Assembly (NCBI GenBank): GCA_039208735.1
Contig: JBCCQY010000053.1
Coordinates: 1-51,074, forward strand
Origin: Myxococcota bacterium
GTDB taxonomy: Bacteria; Myxococcota_A; UBA796; GCA-2862545
DNA length: 51,074 nt
Reading direction: 5' to 3'
The notes beneath the pieces are model-generated. The model did not search any database, was not told the DNA's origin, and saw only the letters and a program-made list of their open reading frames with translations. A program made the position numbers and the translations under genes. Below are positions 18,038 through 29,466 of the stretch, piece after piece. The first letter of the stretch is position 1; every line of letters starts with the position of its first letter.

Positions 18038-20137
18038 CTACTTGCGCTTCTCCTCGAGTTCCTTCTGATAGGCCGCCTTCAGCTCCTCGGCAATGGCGTC
18101 GGGGACTCGGCCGTACTTCGAGAACTCCATCGAGAACTCCGCCTTGCCCTGCGTTTCAGAGCGCAAGGCCGTCGAGTACCCGAACATCTCGGAGAGCGGA
18201 ACCTCGGATTCAACCGTCGTAAACCCATCCTCTTCGGACTGGCCCATGATGACACCACGACGGCTGTTGATCGTCTTCGAGATACCGCCGAAGAATTCAG
18301 CAGGTCCCTCGACCGTCACCGACATGATGGGCTCGAGAATGACCGGCTTGGCCTTCGGGTAGGCCTCGCGGAATGCGCCGCGGCCCGCAGCCTGGAACGC
18401 CATGTCGCTCGAGTCGACGGAGTGGGACTTGCCATCGTTGATGGTCATCTTCACGCCGGTGATCGGCGCGCCGACGAGCAGCCCCTTGTCGAGCATCATC
18501 TGGAAGCCCTTGTCGACCGAAGGGATGTATTCACGCGGAATCGCGCCCCCGACGATCTGGTCGACGAACTCGTAGTGCCCCTCTTCGAGCGGCTCCATGG
18601 CTCCGGCAACCCGACCGTACTGACCCGACCCACCCGTCTGCTTCTTGTGGGTGTAGTCGAACGGCGTGGTGGACGTGATCGTCTCGCGGTAGGCCACCCG
18701 AGGCGGCGAAGACTCAACGGGCACCTTGTACTCTCGGCGCATGCGCTCGAGGTAGACATCGAGGTGCAGCTCACCCATGCCGCTGATGATGGTCTCGCCA
18801 GTCTCTTCGTCGGTACGAACCCGGAAGGTCGGGTCTTCCTTCGAGAAACGGGCCAGCGCCTTCGACAGGTTCTGGGCGTGCTTCGCTTCCTTCGTCGTGA
18901 TCGTGTAGCTGATGACCGCATCCGGAACGTGGATGTTGGTCATGGAGACGCGAACCTTGCCGTCGGTGAACGTGTCACCCGAGTGGCAGTCAACGCCAAA
19001 CAGCGCCACGATGTCGCCCGCACCAGCCGTTTCGATGTCTTCCATCTCGTTCGAATGCATCCGGACGAGACGGCCCACCTTGACCTTCTGGTTGCCGCGC
19101 ATGTTGAAGATGAACTCGCTCTTGCGGAGCGTGCCCTGGTAAACGCGGATGTAGGTCAGCTGGCCGTAGCGGCCTTCCTCGAGCTTGAACGCCAGACCGA
19201 CGAACGGCAAGCTCGGGTCGGGCTTCACGACGATCTCTTCCGGATTCTCGTCGTCGGTATCGAGGTCGAACCCACGGTTCTCGACTTCGGCCGGGTTGGG
19301 CAGGAACGCGTTGACGCCGTCGAGCAACGGTTGCACGCCCTTGTTCTTGTAGGCCGAGCCCATGAACACGGGGACGAGCTTGTTGTCGATGGTGCCCTTG
19401 CGAATGGCCCCGACGATCTGTTCGACCGTGGCGTCTTCGGGATTCTCGAGGAGGACCTCCATGAGGTCGTCATCGAACTCCGAAATCGCATCGAGGAGTT
19501 CCTCACGGTACTGCTCGACGTCATCCATCATCTCGGCGGGAATCTCGCCTTCGCGGATGGTTTCGCCCGAGTCACCCTCGTTGTAGTAGGCCTTGAGCCG
19601 AACGAGGTCGACCACGCCCTTGAGCTGGTCTTCGAGTCCGATCGGCAACTGCACCAGGTGGGCGTTCAGCCGAAGCTTCTCGCGGAGCTGGTTGCGCACG
19701 CGAATGGGGTTGGCCCCCTGCCGATCGCACTTGTTGACAAAGGCCACGCGCGGAACGCCGTAGCGACGCATCTGACGGTCGACCGTGATCGACTGCGACT
19801 GCACGCCCGCCACACCACAGAGCACGAGAATCGCGCCATCGAGCACGCGCAGCGCACGTTCAACTTCGATGGTGAAGTCGACGTGCCCGGGAGTGTCGAT
19901 GATGTTGATGTGGTGATCCTTCCACTCGGTGTACGTCGCTGCCGACTGGATCGTGATGCCGCGCTCACGCTCGAGTTCCATCGAGTCCATCTTGGCGCCC
20001 ACACCATCCTTTCCGCGAACCTCGTGGATCGCGTGGATGCGGTCGGTGTAGAACAGGATGCGCTCGGTAAGGGTTGTCTTTCCCGAGTCGATGTGCGCAC
20101 TGATGCCGATGTTCCGGACTTTCTGAAGATCGTGCAT
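18038..20137 (-). CDS. fusA: Elongation factor G (spd/mtEFG1-like subtype, outside the str operon)
   Basis: [64 protein letters not shown] insert. Confidence 0.97.
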   Translation of the reverse strand: MHDLQKVRNIGISAHIDSGKTTLTERILFYTDRIHAIHEVRGKDGVGAKMDSMELERERGITIQSAATYTEWKDHHINIIDTPGHVDFTIEVERALRVLDGAILVLCGVAGVQSQSITVDRQMRRYGVPRVAFVNKCDRQGANPIRVRNQLREKLRLNAHLVQLPIGLEDQLKGVVDLVRLKAYYNEGDSGETIREGEIPAEMMDDVEQYREELLDAISEFDDDLMEVLLENPEDATVEQIVGAIRKGTIDNKLVPVFMGSAYKNKGVQPLLDGVNAFLPNPAEVENRGFDLDTDDENPEEIVVKPDPSLPFVGLAFKLEEGRYGQLTYIRVYQGTLRKSEFIFNMRGNQKVKVGRLVRMHSNEMEDIETAGAGDIVALFGVDCHSGDTFTDGKVRVSMTNIHVPDAVISYTITTKEAKHAQNLSKALARFSKEDPTFRVRTDEETGETIISGMGELHLDVYLERMRREYKVPVESSPPRVAYRETITSTTPFDYTHKKQTGGSGQYGRVAGAMEPLEEGHYEFVDQIVGGAIPREYIPSVDKGFQMMLDKGLLVGAPITGVKMTINDGKSHSVDSSDMAFQAAGRGAFREAYPKAKPVILEPIMSVTVEGPAEFFGGISKTINSRRGVIMGQSEEDGFTTVESEVPLSEMFGYSTALRSETQGKAEFSMEFSKYGRVPDAIAEELKAAYQKELEEKRK

Positions 20138-20363
20138 GGGGGATCCCATCAGGTTGGTTACGGGCGCGAGCGCCACTGCTGGTCGCTGGCTGTAGCGGAA
20201 CCCTCCCCCGGCGGCAACTCGCGGGGGGGTCTGCTACCCTGGGTCCATATCGGGAAGTTGCTTAACGGCGACATTCGGCACATGACTGCCACCGCTTCGA
20301 CGCCTTCCTGTGCCCGCCAACGTAACCACCCCGGGTACCTTCGACTACCATGGGCATGATCTG

Positions 20364-20786
20364 CTATCGGCCGGGGGCGGAGAGCTTTCGGATCCAGTCG
20401 ACCAAGCGAGCCCAATTGCCGTCGCTTCCCGCGCGCGAGAACGCAGCGCTCAACCCATACTCTCGGCTATCCACGACCAACCGCACAACATGGGCCCACA
20501 GACGAAGGCCCTCTATGCCCTCATCTCGAGTCGACTCGCTGTAGGAAACGATGATCTGCAGTGGATCGCCCCAATGGAGCTTAGGTCGGGCGGTGGGAGG
20601 CGCCATGATCCGACAACCGCCTTCGCTCACGTTCACCAACAGGCCTGCAGTGGGCACGTTGGCCAAAGGATGGGCAAACAACACAGGGACCAACGGGTCG
20701 GGCGAAAAACGAACGGCGGTTCTGCGTTCATCCGCTTCGGCGGCGACCACTTCCGCATCCGCCACGGGGTAGACGAGGCTCGACAT
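20364..20786 (-). CDS. PilZ-domain protein (putative c-di-GMP receptor)
   Basis: RxxxR (ERRTAVR) and NxSxGG (NVSEGG) motifs; start uncertain (20786/20801/20813). Confidence 0.72.
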   Translation of the reverse strand: MSSLVYPVADAEVVAAEADERRTAVRFSPDPLVPVLFAHPLANVPTAGLLVNVSEGGCRIMAPPTARPKLHWGDPLQIIVSYSESTRDEGIEGLRLWAHVVRLVVDSREYGLSAAFSRAGSDGNWARLVDWIRKLSAPGR

Positions 20787-20852
20787 CCGGCTGCTCTCCA
20801 TCGGCGTGACCAACCGTGCATCGGCTCGCGATCGGGTTCGCTTGAACGAAGC

Positions 20853-21989
20853 TCAGCCGATGGTCGCACCGCGCAAGCGGGAGGGCGGGGTGTAGTCCGA
20901 ACCCTCATCCCGGGGCACGCGACGGTTCGCGGCCTCCCAATACTGCTGGCCCAGCCTCACCAGCCGGTCTTCCACCCATTGGGGGCCGTGTCGTCGCATG
21001 GCTTCGCCCGGTCCCACCAGCCATGGCATCGCACTCACCAAGTGGCGCCAGCGGGTATCCGGAAGTCCCAACCTCGAGGCCACGCCATCCGGCAGCAATG
21101 CGTGGCAAAGCCCCGATGCCAAGTGTCGAAACACCGGCGGAGCCTCCGCAGCTCGGCCCCCGTGCAACAACTGCCAGACCAGCCGCCGGCTATCCGCATC
21201 GGGCGGGCCTTGCGTCAGCTGAATCACCTCAACGATGGCGCGCGCATTCGCTTGTCGGTCGGGCAGCAGCTCAAGGCGAGCGCCCATTAGCCACGATGCC
21301 CATCGCCACAAATGGAGATGGTCTTCCGCTTCGGCATCGGTGACCTGCAGCCCAAGTTGGCGCACGCCGTCGACGAACACGATGCTGAACAACAGACTCG
21401 TCGCCAGCAGATCGTGCTGGTTGATGGGATGGCCCCACCGCTCGCTGTCCCACTGGTCGCCGTTCAACAACAGCCATCGCACATGAGCATGCATGAGGCG
21501 CACGCGCAGGGTGATGGCCCAGCCAGGAGCCCCCGCGACCAACCCGTCGGGGGAACTGACCGCGGCCACGTATCGGCCCGTCTCGGCGAGTCTCCGGCTG
21601 CCGTCGGCCGCCAAGGTGCCGGTCAGGGCCAGCGGCTTGTTGCCGGCCGGTGCCGCGTACCCCGACACCAGCGACCGGGCGCCAAGCACCAAACCGCCGA
21701 GCGGACCCGTGCGGAAGAACAGGCGTCCTGCGCGTTGCACCCGTGCGGTGTCGACCCAGGCGGGCACACGTTCATGGGCCTGTAAGAGGGCTCGCACCGA
21801 AGCCGGCGTGTCGGCCGCGAGTCCCTTCTGGAGCGCCTCATGAAAGGGGCCATACCGGCCCTCCAGCTGCTCACAAACCGCGTCGGCAAGATCGTCGCTC
21901 TCAAACAGCCAGGGCACCAGGCGATCGATCAGATCACCGTGGACTTCCCGGGCTTCTCGCAAATTGTGGACTCGCTCTGGGATCGCCAT
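20853..21989 (-). CDS. Oxygenase MpaB/Lcp-like (DUF2236) protein
   Basis: PAWVD...[35 protein letters not shown]. Confidence 0.85.
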   Translation of the reverse strand: MAIPERVHNLREAREVHGDLIDRLVPWLFESDDLADAVCEQLEGRYGPFHEALQKGLAADTPASVRALLQAHERVPAWVDTARVQRAGRLFFRTGPLGGLVLGARSLVSGYAAPAGNKPLALTGTLAADGSRRLAETGRYVAAVSSPDGLVAGAPGWAITLRVRLMHAHVRWLLLNGDQWDSERWGHPINQHDLLATSLLFSIVFVDGVRQLGLQVTDAEAEDHLHLWRWASWLMGARLELLPDRQANARAIVEVIQLTQGPPDADSRRLVWQLLHGGRAAEAPPVFRHLASGLCHALLPDGVASRLGLPDTRWRHLVSAMPWLVGPGEAMRRHGPQWVEDRLVRLGQQYWEAANRRVPRDEGSDYTPPSRLRGATIG

Positions 21990-22041
21990 GGGAGCCGACG
22001 TATCAACGGCGTGCCATGTGATGCACTGCGAGGTGGTGACC

Positions 22042-23143
<1,102 letters not shown>

Positions 23144-23151
<8 letters not shown>

Positions 23152-25408
23152 GTCGGAACCGACGCCGTCGCACCTCGTCCGCATGAATCCCGAACAGTAC
23201 CGCGCGGTCACGACGATCGAAGGACCGGTGCTGGTGCTTGCGGGAGCGGGGTCCGGCAAAACGCGGGTGCTCACACGCCGCATTGCCCACCTCCTTCATG
23301 TGGGCGTCGATCCCCAGTCGATTCTCGCGGTGACCTTCACCAACAAGGCGGCGGCTGAAATGCGGGAACGCGTCACGGAGCTGGTCGGTGAGGCGGGCGA
23401 GAAGGTTTGGGTGAGCACCTTTCACAGCTCGTGCGCCCGAATCCTCCGCTCCGACATCGAAGCGCTCGGGTGGACGCGACGCTTCACCATCTACGACGAC
23501 GATGACCAAATCCGCATGCTCAAGGAGATCATCGCCTCGCACGGGTTTGATGCCACTCGCGTTCAACCCAAGGTAATGTTGTCGCGTATCGACAGCTTCA
23601 AAAGCCAACTCCTGCAGCCTGACGATGTCGTTCAATCCCGTCGGTCGCACGTGGCAGACCCCGTGATCGCCGTGTGGCAGGACTACGAAGAGGGCCTCAA
23701 AGCCTCCGATGCCGTCGACTTCAACGACCTGATCGGGCGTACGGTGCAACTGTTTGACGAGCACGAGGAGGTGCTCGAAAAGTGGCGAGAACGGTTCCAA
23801 TACGTGCTGGTCGACGAGTACCAGGACACAAATCGGGCCCAATATCGGCTGTTGCGCATGCTTGCGGACCTTCACCGCAACCTCATGGTCGTGGGGGACG
23901 ACGACCAGTCGATCTATGGCTTTCGGGGCGCGGACGTCTCGAACATCCTCAATTTCCAGGTTGACTACCCCGAAGCCAAAGTGGTTCGCCTAGAGCAAAA
24001 CTATCGTTCTACCGGCCACATCCTTGCGCTGGCCAATGCGGTGGTCGCTCACAATCCAGATCGGCTCGAAAAGCGCCTTTGGACCCAGGCCGACCATGGC
24101 GTCAAGGTCCAGATCATGGTGCGCACCACGGTGCAGGAAGAGGCCTCGCGGGTCGCCGAGGCGGTGGTTCGGCTGCGCAGCCTCGACCATCGCTGGGACG
24201 ACATCGCCATCATCTACCGCACCAACGCCATCGCACGGCCGTTCGAAGCCGCCTTGGCCCGGCGCGGCGTTCCCTACAAGGTGGTGGGCGGACGCAAGTT
24301 CTATGAACGCCGGGAGGTCCGCGACGTGCTCGCGTACCTGCGCGTCATTGTGAACCCCGCCGATGACGCAGCCGTCTTGCGGATCATCAACGTGCCGACC
24401 CGCGGAGTGGGCGCCAAGACCTTGGCCAAGCTCCGCGAAGAAGCCGGGCGCCGGGGCCAGCCGATCTTGGTCACCGCGCGCACCTACGGGGGCGGCCGGT
24501 CGGTCGGAGAGAAGGGCGTGGGGGCGTTCGCGCGCCTGATGGACGACCTCACCATCTTTGCCCGGGATGCAGCGATTCCCGAATTGGTGGCCGAGGTCAT
24601 CGAGCGGTCCGGCTACCGGCAGATGCTGGAATCCGACCGAACGGCCGAAGGCGAAGTCACCCGCGAATCCAAGGGGCGACTCGAGAACCTCGAACTGTTG
24701 GTCAACGAAGCCCATTCCGCGGCACCTCCCGAGCGAGGCGCCGGTCCCATGGAAGCGCTGACCGCATGGCTCGACCGCATTGCACTGACCGCGGATGCCG
24801 ACGCCATTCCCGATGGCGGGCAAGTCACCCTCATGACCGTGCACTCGTCAAAGGGTCTCGAATTTCCCGTGGTGTTCGTCGTCCAGATGAACGAGGGCGT
24901 GTTTCCGCACGAACGTTCCCTTGAGACGGGTCTCGAAGAAGAGCGCCGCCTCGCCTATGTCGCCTTCACCCGCGCGATGAAGCGGCTCGTCGTCACGCGC
25001 TCGCTGCTTCAGGGAAAGCCTGGCGGCGGGTCGGGCCGGCGGGCAACGGTGAGCCGGTTTCTATTTGGGATTCCCGCCGAGGTGGTGGACGGTGACGTCC
25101 CCACTGGGGAACCCACCACAGGTGGCCTCTCCGACCGGATTGCCGAAGGTCGCGAGACCACGTCGAAGCTTCAAGTCTTCTTGAAGCGCCGTCAGGAGGC
25201 GCAGTCCGCGCCCATCGAAGGCGCCCACACCCTGATCGAGATCGAGGAGGCCGATCAGCTCTCGCCAGGCGTGAAAGTCCACCACCCTCGCTACGGGGTG
25301 GGCACCATTCGTCGCATGGCCGGACGTGCGCTGCACATCGCATTTGGCAGCGGAGTGCGGCGGATCACGCCACCGCTTCACGATCTTCGGATCGTCGTCG
25401 ACGATTGA
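23144..25408 (+). CDS. uvrD: UvrD/PcrA superfamily I DNA helicase
   Basis: [71 protein letters not shown]-terminal Tudor-like V.HP.YG.G. Confidence 0.96.
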
Positions 25409-28299
25409 GTCCAGACCGTCCGCCGACGACCGAAAGGAACGGTGTGACGATCGAGTGCTCCCATTGCCACGCGACTCATGAGCTGACACCGCCTCCCTGG
25501 GTGGTGGCCTCCGGCCGTGCATTTCGCTTCCGCTGTGCGGCGTGTGGCCACTCTCAAAGCGTGCGGTTGGGCAATGCGACCCCCACTCCGGTTCGCGAAC
25601 AAGTGGTGCTGCCTCACCAGTTGGTCCCGCAACAGCAGACGCCTAAGCCCGCACCGGCCCCCACCGAGGCGCCCTCCGCTTCCGAGACGCTGACCCCGGC
25701 CCCTCGCCAGGCATCGCCGGCTCAAGCGCGGCGCCGATCGCCCAAGCCTGCCGCGCCGCGCCCCGCTCCCACGCCCCAGCCACGCACCACGCCGCTCCCG
25801 ACCGAGCCCACGCCCAACCCGCACACCAACGCCGAAGCCGAATCCCCCGTCCGGCGTCGGCACGATCCGGTTCGCACGTCCGAGCCCCCTGAACCCGTCG
25901 AAACACCCCCTGAGGAAAGAGAAACGCCACGGGATCCACCACGGCGTCCCTTGCCCGCTCCGCCGCCGGCACTGCTCGATGACGCGGAGACGGAACACGA
26001 AGCCGATGAAGCCATCCCCGTCCACGACTCCGCGTTGTTCTTACGCCAGAACGGCCAGATTTACATGGTCAGGGACTGGGACACCCTCGAGCAATGGATC
26101 GCGGAACGGCGGGTAGACCGAACCGACGAGGTCTCGGCCGGCGGCGTGGACTGGGAGACAGCGGGCGAGGTCGATCGTCTCGAGGATGCTTTTGACCACG
26201 TCGACGACGAACCAAGTGTCCCCCCACGCCCCTCGGAACCTCCACCTCCGGAGCCGACGCCCCTACCCGAGGGAATTCCTCTCGGACTTCCCCGGCTGCC
26301 CCGCGCGACCGGAACGACAGCGCTCGACGCCCCCGGCCCCACGGCAAGCGCGCCCCCCGACACGCCCAACGAGCCCAAGGAACCCACGCTTGCGCCGCTG
26401 AATCCCGTGCCCTCTGCCTACCGCAATACGCCCGCGCCCGCGCCAGTGGAGGTGGAGCCCAAGGAGACCGAGGGCTTCGACGACGAGGCGGACGAAACCC
26501 ACGAAACGGATGAGATCTTCGAAGACGAACCCTTCGGAGATGAGCTGGGGTTCTTCGATGAGCCCGAACCCTTCGACGAACCCGTTGAACCCGTTGAACC
26601 GCAAGTCTTCGATGAGCCAGCTGAACCCGAGCCCCTCGACGAGTTCGAAACTTCAGATCCCCCCGGACTCTTCGAACCCGAGGCGACGCCGGAGTTCGAC
26701 GAGTTCTCCGCCGACGACGTGCTCGAATTCCAACCCCCTTCCGCAGTGGAGTTCGATGCGCCATCCGAGGTTGGGGATGCCGGTCCCGAACCGGGCGACG
26801 TGATCACCCCGGGCCCCCAACTCTTCGATGACATGGATGACGACGTTGACGACCCCATCGAAGATGAAGCGTCTGCCGAGCCAGAGGACGCCGTAGCTCC
26901 GGTCTTCGAAGAGGTGATGGACGACGAGTTCGAAGACGTCGGCCCCCCTCCGTTCGAGCCCGATCCACCACTCGGGGAATTCGAGGAGGTGTCAGCCACC
27001 GACGAACCCATCGTCGACGACGAGCTGCCGGACGCACCGTTTTATGAGGACATCGACGATGGATTGCCCGATATCGACGGCGAACGGTCCGTCACGCCGG
27101 TTCCTGTGGATGCGCCCAACACGGAATTCGAAGCTCTCGAGGATGTTCTTCCCGAGGATCCCGATCCGGACTCCTTCGGCCCACCCGAAGATCTCGAACA
27201 GACCGATGAGTTTCCGAAGGAAACCGCCGAGCCCATCGAAGACGGCACCATCTGGGAAGATCTCACCCACTTCAAAGACCAACCCAAACCCGAGCCGGTG
27301 AGCGTCTCCGACAGCCCTTCGATGCCACCGTTCGATGCGTTCGACGAAGATGATGAGCTTCCCGACTGGGGCTCGAACAGCCGTTCCGAGTTCCCGTTTG
27401 ATGACGATGAGGGGCTCGAAGCCGATGACCCCGAGGAACCACCCCGGTTTGCGTTCGACGTAGAGGATGACGAGGACGACGACGAGCCGGGGCCCATCGA
27501 CGAAGTTGCCGAGATCGAAGAAGAGCCGGCCCCCCTCTTCGAAGCCGACGTCTTTGAGACCTCTCCCGAGGGCGCACCCGACCGCTCGGAGTTGGGCGAT
27601 GACCCCGATCTCGAGGAATCGGATGGCGAGTTCGCAGCCATGTGGGACGAGTACGCGCTGCAGCGCCCCAAGCAGGCCTGGCTCGCGCCGGTGGCGGCGG
27701 TGCTGCTCGTGTCTGGAGCGCTCGCCGCGTATCTGCTGATTCCGGCCGGCCCCGGCGCCCCGCCATCGCCCGCGCCCAAACCCGCAGCCGTCGCCCCGCA
27801 ACCCGCGCCGGCCCCGCAACCCGCGCCGGCCCCGCAACCGGCGGCTGCTCCAAGCCCGGCCCCGTCGCCCACCCGCGCGCCACCGGCCCCCAAGCCGGCC
27901 CCCGTTGAGGTCGCGCCACCTGCGCCGGTCCCCCAGCCTCGCGTCGAACCGGCTCCCGCTCCGCCGCCTAAACCTCGAGCTACTCCGAAGCCGAAACCGG
28001 CCCCACCTCGTCCGGTTGCCGCGCCCCCCTCCGACGTTCAGGCCCTGGTCGAAAAGGGCTGGCAGCAGATCGACACCAACCCGGTGAACGCCGAACGCAC
28101 CTTTGAGAAGGCGGTTCGACAAGCTCCGAACGACGAAGAAGCGAATTACGGATACGGCTACGCGCTGTTGCTCCGCAGTCGCCCAGAGGCGGCCACATAC
28201 CTGTGCCGGGCAAGAAATGCTCGGAACGCCGAAATTCGACAAGATGTCGTCGGGCTCTTGGCAACCCATCGCATGTCGTGCGACGAAGGAGGTCGGTAA
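25405..28299 (+). CDS. Zinc-ribbon / GYF-like / acidic low-complexity / TM / Pro-rich / TPR protein (myxobacterial AgmX/GltJ-like architecture)
   Basis: CSHC...CAAC zinc ribbon; L.QWI.E.RV...DEVS..G.DW segment; long D/E/P tract; single TM; PAP repeats; terminal TPR-like helices; alternative GTG start at 25444. Confidence 0.75.
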   Translation: MSPDRPPTTERNGVTIECSHCHATHELTPPPWVVASGRAFRFRCAACGHSQSVRLGNATPTPVREQVVLPHQLVPQQQTPKPAPAPTEAPSASETLTPAPRQASPAQARRRSPKPAAPRPAPTPQPRTTPLPTEPTPNPHTNAEAESPVRRRHDPVRTSEPPEPVETPPEERETPRDPPRRPLPAPPPALLDDAETEHEADEAIPVHDSALFLRQNGQIYMVRDWDTLEQWIAERRVDRTDEVSAGGVDWETAGEVDRLEDAFDHVDDEPSVPPRPSEPPPPEPTPLPEGIPLGLPRLPRATGTTALDAPGPTASAPPDTPNEPKEPTLAPLNPVPSAYRNTPAPAPVEVEPKETEGFDDEADETHETDEIFEDEPFGDELGFFDEPEPFDEPVEPVEPQVFDEPAEPEPLDEFETSDPPGLFEPEATPEFDEFSADDVLEFQPPSAVEFDAPSEVGDAGPEPGDVITPGPQLFDDMDDDVDDPIEDEASAEPEDAVAPVFEEVMDDEFEDVGPPPFEPDPPLGEFEEVSATDEPIVDDELPDAPFYEDIDDGLPDIDGERSVTPVPVDAPNTEFEALEDVLPEDPDPDSFGPPEDLEQTDEFPKETAEPIEDGTIWEDLTHFKDQPKPEPVSVSDSPSMPPFDAFDEDDELPDWGSNSRSEFPFDDDEGLEADDPEEPPRFAFDVEDDEDDDEPGPIDEVAEIEEEPAPLFEADVFETSPEGAPDRSELGDDPDLEESDGEFAAMWDEYALQRPKQAWLAPVAAVLLVSGALAAYLLIPAGPGAPPSPAPKPAAVAPQPAPAPQPAPAPQPAAAPSPAPSPTRAPPAPKPAPVEVAPPAPVPQPRVEPAPAPPPKPRATPKPKPAPPRPVAAPPSDVQALVEKGWQQIDTNPVNAERTFEKAVRQAPNDEEANYGYGYALLLRSRPEAATYLCRARNARNAEIRQDVVGLLATHRMSCDEGGR
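27793..27839 (+). repeat. 18-bp tandem repeat (about 2.6 copies) encoding APQPAP
   Basis: gccccgcaacccgcgccg repeated in frame. Confidence 0.85.
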
Positions 28300-28339
28300 C
28301 GCGAGCGAACCGTGCGTCTCGTCAAACCCGAGGCACGAC

Positions 28340-28999
28340 ATGCAAACCCCAGATCAGCCGGCCTCCACGGACCCCCACGCCACGACCGAACCCGTTGCGT
28401 CGGTCGGCCCTGCGTTTGCGCCACTATCGGCCGAGATCCCAAATGCGGCTCCTTCGGGGGGAACGTTCCGTGAGGAGCCCGCGCCACCCCTCCAGCCTCC
28501 ATCGCCCGCTCCGATGACCACCGACGCCCGCGTTCGCGCTCGGCTTGCCCGGTCTCCCCAGCGGGTGGCCTTGGCGCGCCTCATCCGGCACTCGGCGTTG
28601 TGGGGAATATGCGCACTCGCCGCAGTGGCCATCGCCATCATTGGCGACTCGCTCATTCGAACCGATCCCCCAAGGTCTGCGCCACTGGTGGTGGCCGAGG
28701 CAGCGCCCGAGCCCATCCTGGCTCCCCCGCAGCGACAGGCGCGAGCGCAGCACCTCGTGGAGCAGGCGGACGCGATCCTGCGTCGCGATCCTCCACGGGC
28801 CGAGCAGACCTTTCGGGACGCGATCACCTTAGACCCTACGAGCGCCGCCGCGAACTTCGGCCTAGGCGTCACGTTGTTGCAGCGAAAAGCCGACGTCGAG
28901 GCGGTACCCTATCTGTGCGCGGCGCATCGGACGGCAACGGGCTCGCTTCGCCGGGACGTTCAACGGTTGCTCGACGAGCGTGCGCTCGACTGTCCCTGA
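28340..28999 (+). CDS. Single-TM protein with C-terminal TPR-like domain, paralogous to the upstream gene's C-terminus
   Basis: TM LWGICALAAVAIAII; LVE...AEQTF..A...P....ANFGLG..LL...YLC.A matches the upstream C-terminal domain. Confidence 0.72.
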   Translation: MQTPDQPASTDPHATTEPVASVGPAFAPLSAEIPNAAPSGGTFREEPAPPLQPPSPAPMTTDARVRARLARSPQRVALARLIRHSALWGICALAAVAIAIIGDSLIRTDPPRSAPLVVAEAAPEPILAPPQRQARAQHLVEQADAILRRDPPRAEQTFRDAITLDPTSAAANFGLGVTLLQRKADVEAVPYLCAAHRTATGSLRRDVQRLLDERALDCP

Positions 29000-29011
29000 C
29001 GGAGGCTGTCC

Positions 29012-29314
29012 ATGACCGACGAAGACGAGTACTTCCACAAACTCGATCAGGAAGCCAAGGCTCGCCTGCGCGCCAAGCTCGATGCTGAGATGTCCGAAAA
29101 GGAAGCGGAAGAGCGGAAAAAGCTCCACTTCCATAAATGCGGCAAGTGTGGCACCGACATGCAGACCTTGATTTTCCGTGGAATCGAGATTGAGTCCTGC
29201 CCGAATTGTGGCGCGGTGTTGCTCGACCCTGGCGAACTCCAAACTCTCGCGGGCGAAGACCAGACCGCGACGTTCCGCTCGTTCTTCAGCATGTTCGGAT
29301 CGGGGCGGGATTGA
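29012..29314 (+). CDS. zf-TFIIB-like zinc-ribbon protein
   Basis: EDEYF helical N-terminus, CGKCGTDM...IESCPNCGAVLLDPGEL; GGAGG RBS. Confidence 0.85.
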   Translation: MTDEDEYFHKLDQEAKARLRAKLDAEMSEKEAEERKKLHFHKCGKCGTDMQTLIFRGIEIESCPNCGAVLLDPGELQTLAGEDQTATFRSFFSMFGSGRD

Positions 29315-29316
29315 TC

Positions 29317-29441
29317 GGTAAACCCTATTGCCGTCTCGACTCGGCCTCCATGTCCTCGGCGAAGCTCCCCTTCGCTCGGACTTCGGCCGTTCGCTTCGCG
29401 AACCGTCTCCCTGGCAAGCCCTATTGCCGTCTCGACTAGGC
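29317..29441 (+). repeat. Two 29-bp direct repeats (19-bp exact core) flanking a hairpin-rich spacer
   Basis: ccctattgccgtctcgact at 29323-29341 and 29419-29437; period 96 bp. Confidence 0.9.
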
Positions 29442-29466
29442 GTAAGCCTCGAATCTGGAGGCGCTC

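Noticed and set aside
18422..20359. 645-aa plus-strand ORF
   Set aside because: Antisense shadow of fusA, caused by high-GC codon bias
29317..29441. CRISPR mini-array
   Set aside because: Only two repeats, a 67-bp structured spacer, and no cas genes in the window
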